From positions 39,760 to 103,759 of the forward strand of contig JACKGY010000007.1 of the NCBI GenBank assembly GCA_020639295.1: 64,000 nucleotides of DNA, written 5' to 3'. This DNA comes from Planctomycetota bacterium. GTDB taxonomy: Bacteria; Planctomycetota; GCA-002687715; DRQF01. Under the pieces are notes generated by a model. That model was not told where the DNA came from. It did not search any database and worked only from the letters and a program-made list of their open reading frames with translations. Within the stretch, counting starts at the first letter, position 1, and each line of letters opens with the position of its first letter. Positions 54,631 through 64,000 of the stretch are shown in pieces. The translations under genes and the position numbers were made by a program.

Positions 54631-55506
54631 TCAGCGGATGGCGACGATGTAGGCGATCCAGCCCGGCTGGTTCTCGACCGAGCGGCGCGGCACGTACTCG
54701 CCGGTGCCCTCGCCGTCCTCGTCGTCGATCTCCCAGCAGACCTCGACGTGCTTGAAGCCGACCTCGTGCAGGGCCTCGGTGATCTCGATCGGGGTCCAGA
54801 GCCGCCAGTCGTAGCTGAAGGCCTTCTCCATCCTCGGGCCCTTCTTGAACTCGAAGTGGATGTGGTTGACGACGTTGCTGTCGATCGGGTTGTAGCGCGC
54901 CTGGTCCCAGACGTAGGTGAAGCCCTGGACCTTGCGCTTCTCCTGGAGCACGACCTGGGCGTCGGAGCCGCCATAGCAGTCGAGGACGAAGATGCCCTCC
55001 TCGTTGAGCGACTTGCGCACGCAATCGAAGTAGTGGACCAGCTCCGGGCGGGTCTTGAAGATGAAGTAGCTGAAGTTCATCGCGCAGCAGACGTCGAACT
55101 TCCGCTTGGTCACCGAGACCACGTTCTTCTGCAGGAGCAGGACCTTGTCGGCATCGGGGCCGAGAGGCGCGATGTTGTGCTCCTTGGCCCAGGCGAGGGT
55201 CTCGGCGCAGAGGTCGAGCCCCACCGCCTGGCGGTTCGGATGTGCCCGCACGAACTGCGCGCAGGCCAGCGCCGTGCCGCAGAAGTCCTCGCGCAGCGTC
55301 CGGGGCTTCCGTCCGCGCACGCGCTCGAAGGTATTGGTGACGAACTCCTCCTCGTGCTCGACGTTCTGGACCGAGAGCTGGTAGAGGATCTGCTTGTCGG
55401 AATTGCGCGCGGTGAGCACCGGCTTCTTCTCGACCTTCTTCTTGATCGTCTTCTTCTTGCCGGCCTTCTTGGCCGCGTGCTTCTTCGTGCTCTTGGTGGT
55501 GGCCAT
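54631..55506 (-). CDS. Class I SAM-dependent methyltransferase with an N-terminal lysine-rich histone-H1-like tail.
   Basis: The N-terminus is MATTKSTKKHAAKKAGKKKTIKKKVEKKPV. The methyltransferase core has ..VGLDLCAETLAWA.. The RBS is GGAGCTGAGG. The ATG lies 2 nt after the folA stop. Confidence 0.7.
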   Translation of the reverse strand: MATTKSTKKHAAKKAGKKKTIKKKVEKKPVLTARNSDKQILYQLSVQNVEHEEEFVTNTFERVRGRKPRTLREDFCGTALACAQFVRAHPNRQAVGLDLCAETLAWAKEHNIAPLGPDADKVLLLQKNVVSVTKRKFDVCCAMNFSYFIFKTRPELVHYFDCVRKSLNEEGIFVLDCYGGSDAQVVLQEKRKVQGFTYVWDQARYNPIDSNVVNHIHFEFKKGPRMEKAFSYDWRLWTPIEITEALHEVGFKHVEVCWEIDDEDGEGTGEYVPRRSVENQPGWIAYIVAIR

Positions 55507-55508
55507 CC

Positions 55509-56003
55509 TCAGCTCCTGCGTTCGAGGGTGATGAAGGTCATGGGATGCGCGTTCTTCTCGTCCGCCGCGCGCTCCTCGCGAGCGATCTCGTGCCATTGGG
55601 CGGGGTCGAGCGGCGGAAACCAGGTGTCGCCTTCGATCTCGGCGTGAACGCGGGTGAGTTCGATCCTGCGGCAGAGCGGCAGGAAGAGCCGGTAGATCTC
55701 GGCGCCGCCGATGATGCAGACCTCCTCGTGATCAGCGAGACGGTCCGCGACCTCGGCGGGGTCGTGGAGCACCAGGGCTCCCTCGGCCCGGAAGGCCGGA
55801 TCGCGGCTGATCACGACGTTGGTGCGCCCGGGCAAGGGACGACCGATCGACTCCCAGGTCTTCCGCCCCATCACGATGGGCTTGCCCATCGTCGTGCGCT
55901 TGAAGTGGGCGAGGTCGGCGGGGAGACGCCAGGGCAGATCGCCGTCGCGGCCGATCAGCCCGTTCTCGTCCACGGCCACCACGATGGTCAGGATCATCGC
56001 CAC
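55509..56003 (-). CDS. folA: Dihydrofolate reductase.
   Basis: The motif ..ILTIVVAVDENGLIGRDGDLPWRLPADLAHFKRTTMGKPIVMGRKTWESIG.. matches the DHFR family. Confidence 0.85.
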   Translation of the reverse strand: MAMILTIVVAVDENGLIGRDGDLPWRLPADLAHFKRTTMGKPIVMGRKTWESIGRPLPGRTNVVISRDPAFRAEGALVLHDPAEVADRLADHEEVCIIGGAEIYRLFLPLCRRIELTRVHAEIEGDTWFPPLDPAQWHEIAREERAADEKNAHPMTFITLERRS

Positions 56004-56004
56004 C

Positions 56005-56799
56005 TCAGACCGAGATCGGCGCCTTGATCGCCGGATGGGAACGGTAGTCGAGGATCTCGACGTCCTGGAAACGGAAGGCGTCGATGTCGGTGATCTCCGG
56101 GTTGAGGCGGAGGCGCGGGAGCGGCAGGGGTTCGCGCGCGAGCTGGCGCTCGGCCTGTTCGAGGTGATTCAGGTAGAGGTGGACGTCGCCGAAGCTGTGG
56201 ATGAAGTCGCCCGGCTCGAGGCCGGTGACCTGGGCCATCATCGCGGTGAGCAAGGCGTAGGAGGCGATGTTGAAGGGCACGCCGAGGAAGACGTCGGCGC
56301 TGCGCTGGTAGAGATGGCAGGAGAGGCGCCCGTCCTGGACGTGGAACTGGAAGAAGGCGTGACAGGGCATCAGCGCCATCTCGCCGAGCTGGCCGACGTT
56401 CCAGGCCGAGACGATGATCCGCCGGCTCGCCGGCTCCTCGCGGATGAGGCGAATCGCCTCCTTGATCTGGTCGATGCGCTCGCCGGAGGGCGCGGGCCAG
56501 CTCCGCCATTGGACGCCGTAGACCGGGCCCAGCTCGCCCTGATCGTCGGCCCACTCGTTCCAGATGCGCACGCCGTTCTCCTGCAGGTAGCGCAGGTTGG
56601 TGTCGCCGCGCAGGAACCAGAGCAGCTCGTGGATGACCGAGGGGAAGTGGAGCTTCTTCGTGGTGACGGCCGGAAAGCCCTCGGCGAGATCGAAGCGGAG
56701 CTGGTGCCCGAAGATCCCGAGCGTGCCGGTGCCGGTCCGATCGCCACGGCGCTTGCCTTCGCGCCTGACCTGGTCGAGAAGTTCGAGATACTGTCGCAT
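56005..56799 (-). CDS. thyA: Thymidylate synthase.
   Basis: The motifs ..[29 protein letters not shown].. and ..[16 protein letters not shown].. match ThyA. Confidence 0.9.
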   Translation of the reverse strand: MRQYLELLDQVRREGKRRGDRTGTGTLGIFGHQLRFDLAEGFPAVTTKKLHFPSVIHELLWFLRGDTNLRYLQENGVRIWNEWADDQGELGPVYGVQWRSWPAPSGERIDQIKEAIRLIREEPASRRIIVSAWNVGQLGEMALMPCHAFFQFHVQDGRLSCHLYQRSADVFLGVPFNIASYALLTAMMAQVTGLEPGDFIHSFGDVHLYLNHLEQAERQLAREPLPLPRLRLNPEITDIDAFRFQDVEILDYRSHPAIKAPISV

Positions 56800-56902
56800 C
56801 GGTTCGGTCGAGGTTACCGACCGGCGGGGACGGAGGACAGGGCGGCGGGTCGGCCCGGCCCGGGTCGCCGGCGGATCGGCGCCGGGCGCTCGCTCCCCGC
56901 GC

Positions 56903-58270
56903 TCAGTCGAGCTGGATCAGGGTGGCGACGCCGGCGGCCGGAATGGCGCCGACGAAGGACCGCCCAGCGGCGAGCGTCCGTTCCTCGCCCCGCTCGGCCC
57001 GAACGGCGGCGGTGCTGTACTCGAGGACGTAGCGCCCGGCGGGCAGGTCCTTCAGCTCGAAGTCGCCGGCCGACTTGCAGTCGAGGACGATCGCGAGCTT
57101 GCCGTCCGTGTTCCTGAAGGCGACGACCCGAGCGTCGCCGGCGCTGCTCGTCGCTCCGATGCGGATCGCTCCGGGCCGGACGTAGCGGAAGTACTGGCGC
57201 AGGAAGCGGGTCTTCGGGTGCTCCTTCACCACCGGCTGCTCCGGGTCGCTCTGGTCGACGTAGAAATAGCCGCTCGGCTTCTCGCCCGCCGGCTTGGGCC
57301 CGCCGAGCGAATACTGCATCCAGGTCGAGACCCGGGCGAGGGTGAGATCCTGGAGGAGCTGTTCGTTCCAGGCGCCGATCTTCTCCAGCATCGCCGAGCG
57401 GACGCCACGGGCCTCGGCCGCCGCGCCGATCGCCGTGAGCGTGGCCGCGTCGTCGCCGCGATAGCGGTGATAGCCGAATTCGACCAGGGCCTCCTTCGCG
57501 CCCTTCACCTTCAGCATCGCCTCGAGCCAGGGGACGGCGTTGGCGGCGCTGGTCGTGGACGGACCGACGAAACCGATCCGGAAACCGGCCTCCTCGAAGC
57601 GCCGCTGCGTGGCGACGATGCACCCGCCCAGGAGGCTGCCGGACCAGCCCGGCACCGCGTCGGGCTCGAGGTGCAGCTGCCAGGTGTCGGGCACGAGATC
57701 GTACTTCGCCTTCAGGTGGCTGACCGTCGCGAGCGCGAACTCGGCGTACTCCTCGGGGTCGAAGTGGACCGCCGAGGGCAGGCTCTGCTTCTGGAAGCTG
57801 ACGTAGCAGAGGTTGACGTCGAGCTTGCGTCCCGCCTCGGCCAGGATCTTCCGGAGCGGCAGGACGACCTGTTCGACCGTGCCGTCGAGCTCGCTGAAAT
57901 GGAAGCCGCCGGCCTCGACGTGCCGCGGGTCGTCGTCGTCGTTGACCGGTCGGTACCAGTACTTGCGGTACTCGCTGAAAGGGATCTCCTTGCCGCGCAT
58001 CCGGGCGTTCTCGTCCACCGGCGCCTCGCTGCCGGAACGGACCTCGAGCCGGAAGCGGGTCAGGCCGAGGTCGAGGTAGCCGCGCCGCAGCAAGTCGTCG
58101 CCATAGGCGGCGAAGTCGGGCTGCCCCCACCAGGCCGGGGTCAGGGCGCTCCAGCCGGCGATGGTCTGGTACTCGACTCCTGGATCGAGCCGGATCTCGG
58201 CCTCGAACGAGCGTGGCCAGAACCAGAACGCGGCGGCGGCGAGGAGGAGGGCCGGGAGGATCTTGTACAT
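56903..58270 (-). CDS. Secreted hypothetical protein (possible glycoside-hydrolase-like TIM barrel).
   Basis: The signal peptide is [19 protein letters not shown]. An alternative start is MRVPG at 58285. The 455-aa protein is rich in W/Y/F, and family assignment is uncertain. Confidence 0.55.
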   Translation of the reverse strand: MYKILPALLLAAAAFWFWPRSFEAEIRLDPGVEYQTIAGWSALTPAWWGQPDFAAYGDDLLRRGYLDLGLTRFRLEVRSGSEAPVDENARMRGKEIPFSEYRKYWYRPVNDDDDPRHVEAGGFHFSELDGTVEQVVLPLRKILAEAGRKLDVNLCYVSFQKQSLPSAVHFDPEEYAEFALATVSHLKAKYDLVPDTWQLHLEPDAVPGWSGSLLGGCIVATQRRFEEAGFRIGFVGPSTTSAANAVPWLEAMLKVKGAKEALVEFGYHRYRGDDAATLTAIGAAAEARGVRSAMLEKIGAWNEQLLQDLTLARVSTWMQYSLGGPKPAGEKPSGYFYVDQSDPEQPVVKEHPKTRFLRQYFRYVRPGAIRIGATSSAGDARVVAFRNTDGKLAIVLDCKSAGDFELKDLPAGRYVLEYSTAAVRAERGEERTLAAGRSFVGAIPAAGVATLIQLD

Positions 58271-58472
58271 GCCGGGGACTCGCATCGTCGGGCACTCGGA
58301 TCGGGATCGGAGAGGCAAGCCCATGTTGCAGCCGAAGTCGCGGCGAGGCAAGGACATGCGCCCTGGGCAGCGGTCGCCGCAGGTTGCCTGGCTCCCCCGC
58401 CCGGGGTAGATTGGGGCGACGCGACCGCCCGACCTCCGCGGGACGACACCACATCCCGATCTGGACCAGCAC

Positions 58473-60686
<2,214 letters not shown>

Positions 60687-60689
60687 GCC

Positions 60690-61523
60690 ATGAACAAGCC
60701 GAAGCGCCCGTCGATCCACGACCTGCGGCGCATGAAGCAACGAGGTGAGCGGATACCGATGCTCACCTGCTACGACTACACCTCGGCCAAGATCCTCGAT
60801 CAGGTCGGCATCCCCCTGATCCTGGTGGGCGATTCGCTCGGCATGGTGGTGCACGGCCACGACTCGACCCTGCGCGTGACCCTGGACATGATCATCCACC
60901 ACGGCCAGGCCGTGGCCGCCGGCGCCAAGAACGCGATGATCATCATCGACCTCCCCTTCGCGACCTACTCGGCCTCGGACCTGCCGCTCAGCCTGCATTC
61001 GGCGGCGCGGGCCGTGGCCGAAGGCGGCGCGCACGCGGTCAAGGTGGAGGGCGGACGGCGCATGGCGCCGGTCGTCGGCACCCTGGTCGCCTCGGGCATT
61101 CCGGTCATGGGCCACATCGGGCTCACCCCGCAGTCGATCCACATGATCGGCGGCTATCGGGTGCAGGGTCAGAGCGAGGAGGCGGCGCAGCGCCTGAAGG
61201 CCGCGGCCCTCGCCCTCGAGGAGGCGGGCGCCTTCGCCATCGTCCTCGAGCTGGTGCCCGCTCCGCTCGCCGTGGAGATCTCGCGCGAACTCACCATCCC
61301 CACCATCGGCATCGGCGCCGGCTCCGGCTGCGATGGCCAGGTCCAGGTCTTCCACGACATCATGGGCATGTACGAGGACTTCGTCCCCAAGCACGCCAAG
61401 CGCTACGCCACCCTCGCCAAGGCGATCCGCGAGGCGGCCCAGAACTACGTCGACGAGGTCCGCGCCGGGCTCTTCCCCGGGCCGGAGCACAGCTTCGACC
61501 GGTCGAAGGACTTCGAGGGCTGA
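60690..61523 (+). CDS. panB: 3-methyl-2-oxobutanoate hydroxymethyltransferase.
   Basis: The motifs ..IPMLTCYDYTSAKILDQVGIPLILVGDSLGMVVHGHDST.. and ..AVKVEGG.. match PanB. Confidence 0.9.
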   Translation: MNKPKRPSIHDLRRMKQRGERIPMLTCYDYTSAKILDQVGIPLILVGDSLGMVVHGHDSTLRVTLDMIIHHGQAVAAGAKNAMIIIDLPFATYSASDLPLSLHSAARAVAEGGAHAVKVEGGRRMAPVVGTLVASGIPVMGHIGLTPQSIHMIGGYRVQGQSEEAAQRLKAAALALEEAGAFAIVLELVPAPLAVEISRELTIPTIGIGAGSGCDGQVQVFHDIMGMYEDFVPKHAKRYATLAKAIREAAQNYVDEVRAGLFPGPEHSFDRSKDFEG

Positions 61524-61565
61524 ACGAGCCCGCCCACCGGCGCCGCCCGGCCGCCCGGGTCCCGG

Positions 61566-63296
61566 TCAGCCGATCACCAGGACCAGGGCGTTGCTCAGGC
61601 CGAACTGACCGGGCAGATGCTCGACCAGGGCCTGCATCGTCACCGTCAGCGGGTAGCCGATGCCCGGGTTGGCGACGACGAAGGGCGTCGGCCCGGCCGG
61701 CACCAGGGCCGGAAGGCCGAGACCGAAGCCGTCGACCAGGGTGAAGAGCCAGGGTTGCAGCCCGGGATGGAGCGCGACGCAGGGCAGCACCAGACGGCCG
61801 AGACCGTAGGGCAGCTCCTCCCCCGCCGTGGCCGCCGGGATGCCGAAGGCGGCCCAGAGGACGAAGTTCGCCGGCAGGGGGCTGCCCGATGGCTGGTCGA
61901 GACCCAGCAGGAAGGGCTGGCCCAAGGGTCGCTCGCAACGACCGTCGTGGTAGGCGCCCGGCTGACCGTCGACGCGGAGGAGCGGAGCGCCGAGGGCGCC
62001 AAGGGCGGCCGCGCCGTAGACCCCCGCGCGGTAGCTCCGGCTCAGGAGCCGCCCCGCGAAGGAGGCACTCGTGGTGACGCCGGGCGCGCCGTAGGCGAAC
62101 TCGCCCAGGCCGTCGAAGCCGAAGTCGCCGAGGCTCGCCAGCGAGTCACCGAGGTTCTCGAAGGGGCCGACGCCCAGGTCCTGGAACAGCGGCTGGGCGT
62201 CGAGACCCCGGACCAGCTCGACCCGTCCCTGGGCGATGCTGCCGGAGAAGGGCGCCCCCACCAGCAGGTCGGGAATGAAGTCGCCGTCGCAATCGCCCGG
62301 GGCGGCGAGGCGGTCGCCGTAGCGCTCGCCGCCGACCAGACCGTCGCGAGCCGCGACCAGCTGCCCGAAGGGCAGCGCGCGGATCTCGACCCGGCCGATC
62401 GAGGCCCCGGCGGCCCCGTCGTGACCGGGGATGCCGATGGCCAGCTCGATCGAGCCGTTGCCATCGACGTCGCCGACCGCCGCGAGGGCGCTGCCGAAGA
62501 AGTCGTCGGCGGCCTGACCGAGCAGGGTCGCGATCGGATTCCAGGTCCCGCCGCTGCCGAGGACCTGGACCAGACCGCTGCCGCCGTAGAGCCCGATGAT
62601 GGTGCCGGTCTGGTTGCCGAGCGGCGCCCCGACCGCGAGCTCGGGCAGGGAGTCGCCGTTCAGGTCGCCGAGCACGGCGACCGCGGCGCCGAAGGACTCG
62701 TTCCAGGCCGCGCCCTCGATCTGGAGCAGCTGCTGGCCGCTGGCCGGGTCGAAGATGAGGATCGCGCCGCAGTCCTGGATGCCGCCCTTGTCGTGATGAC
62801 TGGCGCCGATGACCAGATCGTCGCTGCCGTTCTGGTCGAGATCGCCGTAGACCGCGAGGCAGCAGCCGAAGTGATCGCCGGCCTGACCGGCGACGAGGCT
62901 GCGGATCAGGCTGCCGTCCAGACCGGAGTGGATGTGGACGCTGCCCGGCAGGGCGGCGTTGCCCAGGGCCGGAGCGCCGATCGCGATGTCCGGGGTTCCG
63001 TCCTGGTCGGCATCGAGGACCGGCGCCAGGGCAGCGCCGAAGCTGGTGTTCGCCGGCCCGACGATGGTGAAGCGCGGCGAGCCGGTGGCGCCATCGAAGA
63101 CCAGGACCCGACCCTGACCATCGGCGGCGGCCAGCTCGGGCACGCCGTCCGAATCGAGGTCGTGGAGACCGACCAGGGCCACGCCGAGCCGGGCGCCGGC
63201 AGTCTGGCCATCGATGCGGTGCAGGACCTGCTGCGCCGCGAGCGGACTGGTGAGAAGGACGAGGACGAGGACGAGACGGATCTGGGTGGACGACAT
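61566..63296 (-). CDS. Secreted FG-GAP repeat protein (integrin-alpha-like beta-propeller).
   Basis: A signal peptide is followed by seven or more ..DxNGDGxxDLxVGAP.. FG-GAP motifs (for example GDLNGDSLPELAVGAP and GDVDGNGSIELAIGIP). Confidence 0.75.
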   Translation of the reverse strand: MSSTQIRLVLVLVLLTSPLAAQQVLHRIDGQTAGARLGVALVGLHDLDSDGVPELAAADGQGRVLVFDGATGSPRFTIVGPANTSFGAALAPVLDADQDGTPDIAIGAPALGNAALPGSVHIHSGLDGSLIRSLVAGQAGDHFGCCLAVYGDLDQNGSDDLVIGASHHDKGGIQDCGAILIFDPASGQQLLQIEGAAWNESFGAAVAVLGDLNGDSLPELAVGAPLGNQTGTIIGLYGGSGLVQVLGSGGTWNPIATLLGQAADDFFGSALAAVGDVDGNGSIELAIGIPGHDGAAGASIGRVEIRALPFGQLVAARDGLVGGERYGDRLAAPGDCDGDFIPDLLVGAPFSGSIAQGRVELVRGLDAQPLFQDLGVGPFENLGDSLASLGDFGFDGLGEFAYGAPGVTTSASFAGRLLSRSYRAGVYGAAALGALGAPLLRVDGQPGAYHDGRCERPLGQPFLLGLDQPSGSPLPANFVLWAAFGIPAATAGEELPYGLGRLVLPCVALHPGLQPWLFTLVDGFGLGLPALVPAGPTPFVVANPGIGYPLTVTMQALVEHLPGQFGLSNALVLVIG

Positions 63297-63353
63297 GATC
63301 GTGCTCGCGAAGGGAGGCCGGCCGGCGAGTCGCCGGCCGGCTCGAAGGACCGA

Positions 63354-64000
63354 TCAGCCCGGGAGAACGAACTGGTCGTAGCTGACCTGACCGGAGAGGT
63401 CGGCGATGCCGACGCCGGCGACCCCGTGGAGACCGGTGCCGACCACGGGGAAGCGGGTGCGGAAGTCGATGCCGAGGGCGTCGAGGCTCCAGACCTCGTA
63501 GTAGAGATCCAGCTCCTGGGGGCCGAAATTGCGCAGGTTGAAGCTGCCCATGAACGACAACGGATCGAGATCGCCGATCCCGTTCGGGTCCTCGAACCGG
63601 AGGATCAGGTAGCCGAGGGCGTCGACGGTGAAGGACACGCGGGGCTGGCCGGGCGCGGCGTTCGCCGCCGAGTTCAGCACCGCCACCGCGTCGAAGTCGG
63701 CGCCATCGGCGCCGCTGCCGTTGTGGCTGTCCTCGATGACCGTGCCGCCGCTGTCCTGATCGAGGCCGGCGACGACGTCGACGAGCCGGACGAAGTTGAC
63801 GTTCTGGAGGTCCACCTGCCCGCTCAGCACCAGGGGCTCGAAGGCGAGATCCTCGAGGTCGAAGGCGTCCCCGCCCGAGAACACCGGATTGAGCGGCAGG
63901 CCGATGCCGGTGACCACGTTGGCGAGCACGGGCAGCGAGCCGGCAAGACCGGCGTAGCTGCCCATCGGCAGGGTGCCGAAGGCGGGGAGCGACGTCGCCG
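63354..64000 (-). CDS. Hypothetical protein, partial (N-terminus beyond window end).
   Basis: The minus-strand frame is open to the window edge. The translation is protein-like and ends ..SYDQFVLPG at 63354. The M at 63965 is probably internal. Confidence 0.5.
   Translation of the reverse strand, partial: ATSLPAFGTLPMGSYAGLAGSLPVLANVVTGIGLPLNPVFSGGDAFDLEDLAFEPLVLSGQVDLQNVNFVRLVDVVAGLDQDSGGTVIEDSHNGSGADGADFDAVAVLNSAANAAPGQPRVSFTVDALGYLILRFEDPNGIGDLDPLSFMGSFNLRNFGPQELDLYYEVWSLDALGIDFRTRFPVVGTGLHGVAGVGIADLSGQVSYDQFVLPG

Overview
This is a high-GC (about 70%) bacterial chromosomal window with very dense coding and no tRNA, rRNA, CRISPR array or recognisable mobile element. Many adjacent genes are translationally coupled through ATGA/GTGA start-stop overlaps. 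Because of the GC content, the six-frame track is full of long antisense ORFs; I chose the coding strand from protein-family recognisability and third-codon-position GC. The frame track does not list ORFs that run off the window edge; under the assumption that it omits edge-truncated ORFs, positions 1..5793 on the minus strand are read as one continuous ORF.

From start to end the window holds:
- 1..5793 (-): a giant surface lipoprotein of more than 1930 aa, truncated at the window start, with about 12-14 tandem Ig-like domains followed by a C-terminal FG-GAP/VCBS propeller.
- 5794..6466: an unusual 670-bp low-GC non-coding island carrying a strong plus-strand intrinsic terminator and inverted repeats, immediately upstream of a CBS-pair gene. 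This is a candidate sRNA or riboswitch leader.
- 7021..13070: rsmE, a DUF695/RraB-like protein, a DAO-type FAD oxidoreductase, a cNMP-binding/DUF4388 regulator, and a secreted thioredoxin-like domain fused to a PHM/DBH-type copper monooxygenase domain.
- 13211..24795: a long surface-glycan locus with a Wzx-like flippase, GT2, a membrane metallophosphoesterase, an FAD oxidoreductase, two GT4 genes, an SDR epimerase, a polysaccharide deacetylase, two paralogous small membrane proteins, a small secreted Tyr/Arg-repeat protein and an S41 peptidase.
- 24938..35231: moaA, then a minus-strand glycan operon with an FAD oxidoreductase, GT2, a CDP-glucose pathway (rfbF, rfbG), an NDP-hexose C-methyltransferase and an SDR reductase/epimerase, then a GT-C plus polyprenyl-phosphate GT2 pair.
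- 35260..44817: a secreted beta-helix protein, a GGDEF cyclase, and a coupled operon of SDR epimerase, small membrane protein, GMC oxidoreductase and GT-C glycosyltransferase, then an AmiC-type amidase. The coupled operon is a candidate lipid-linked-sugar epimerisation/transfer module.
- 44976..54615: a NatAB-like ABC pair, a Clp_N-PhzF fusion, and a TetR regulator divergent from an HlyD / tandem-ATPase ABC / two-permease efflux operon.
- 54631..61523: thyA-folA followed by a SAM methyltransferase with a histone-H1-like lysine-rich tail, a secreted hypothetical protein, a fused E1 alpha-beta 2-oxoacid dehydrogenase and panB.
- 61566..64000: a secreted FG-GAP protein and a partial CDS running off the window end.

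I also found one well-supported small ORF that the frame track does not list: a 48-aa membrane peptide at 26099..26245 with a strong Shine-Dalgarno sequence.
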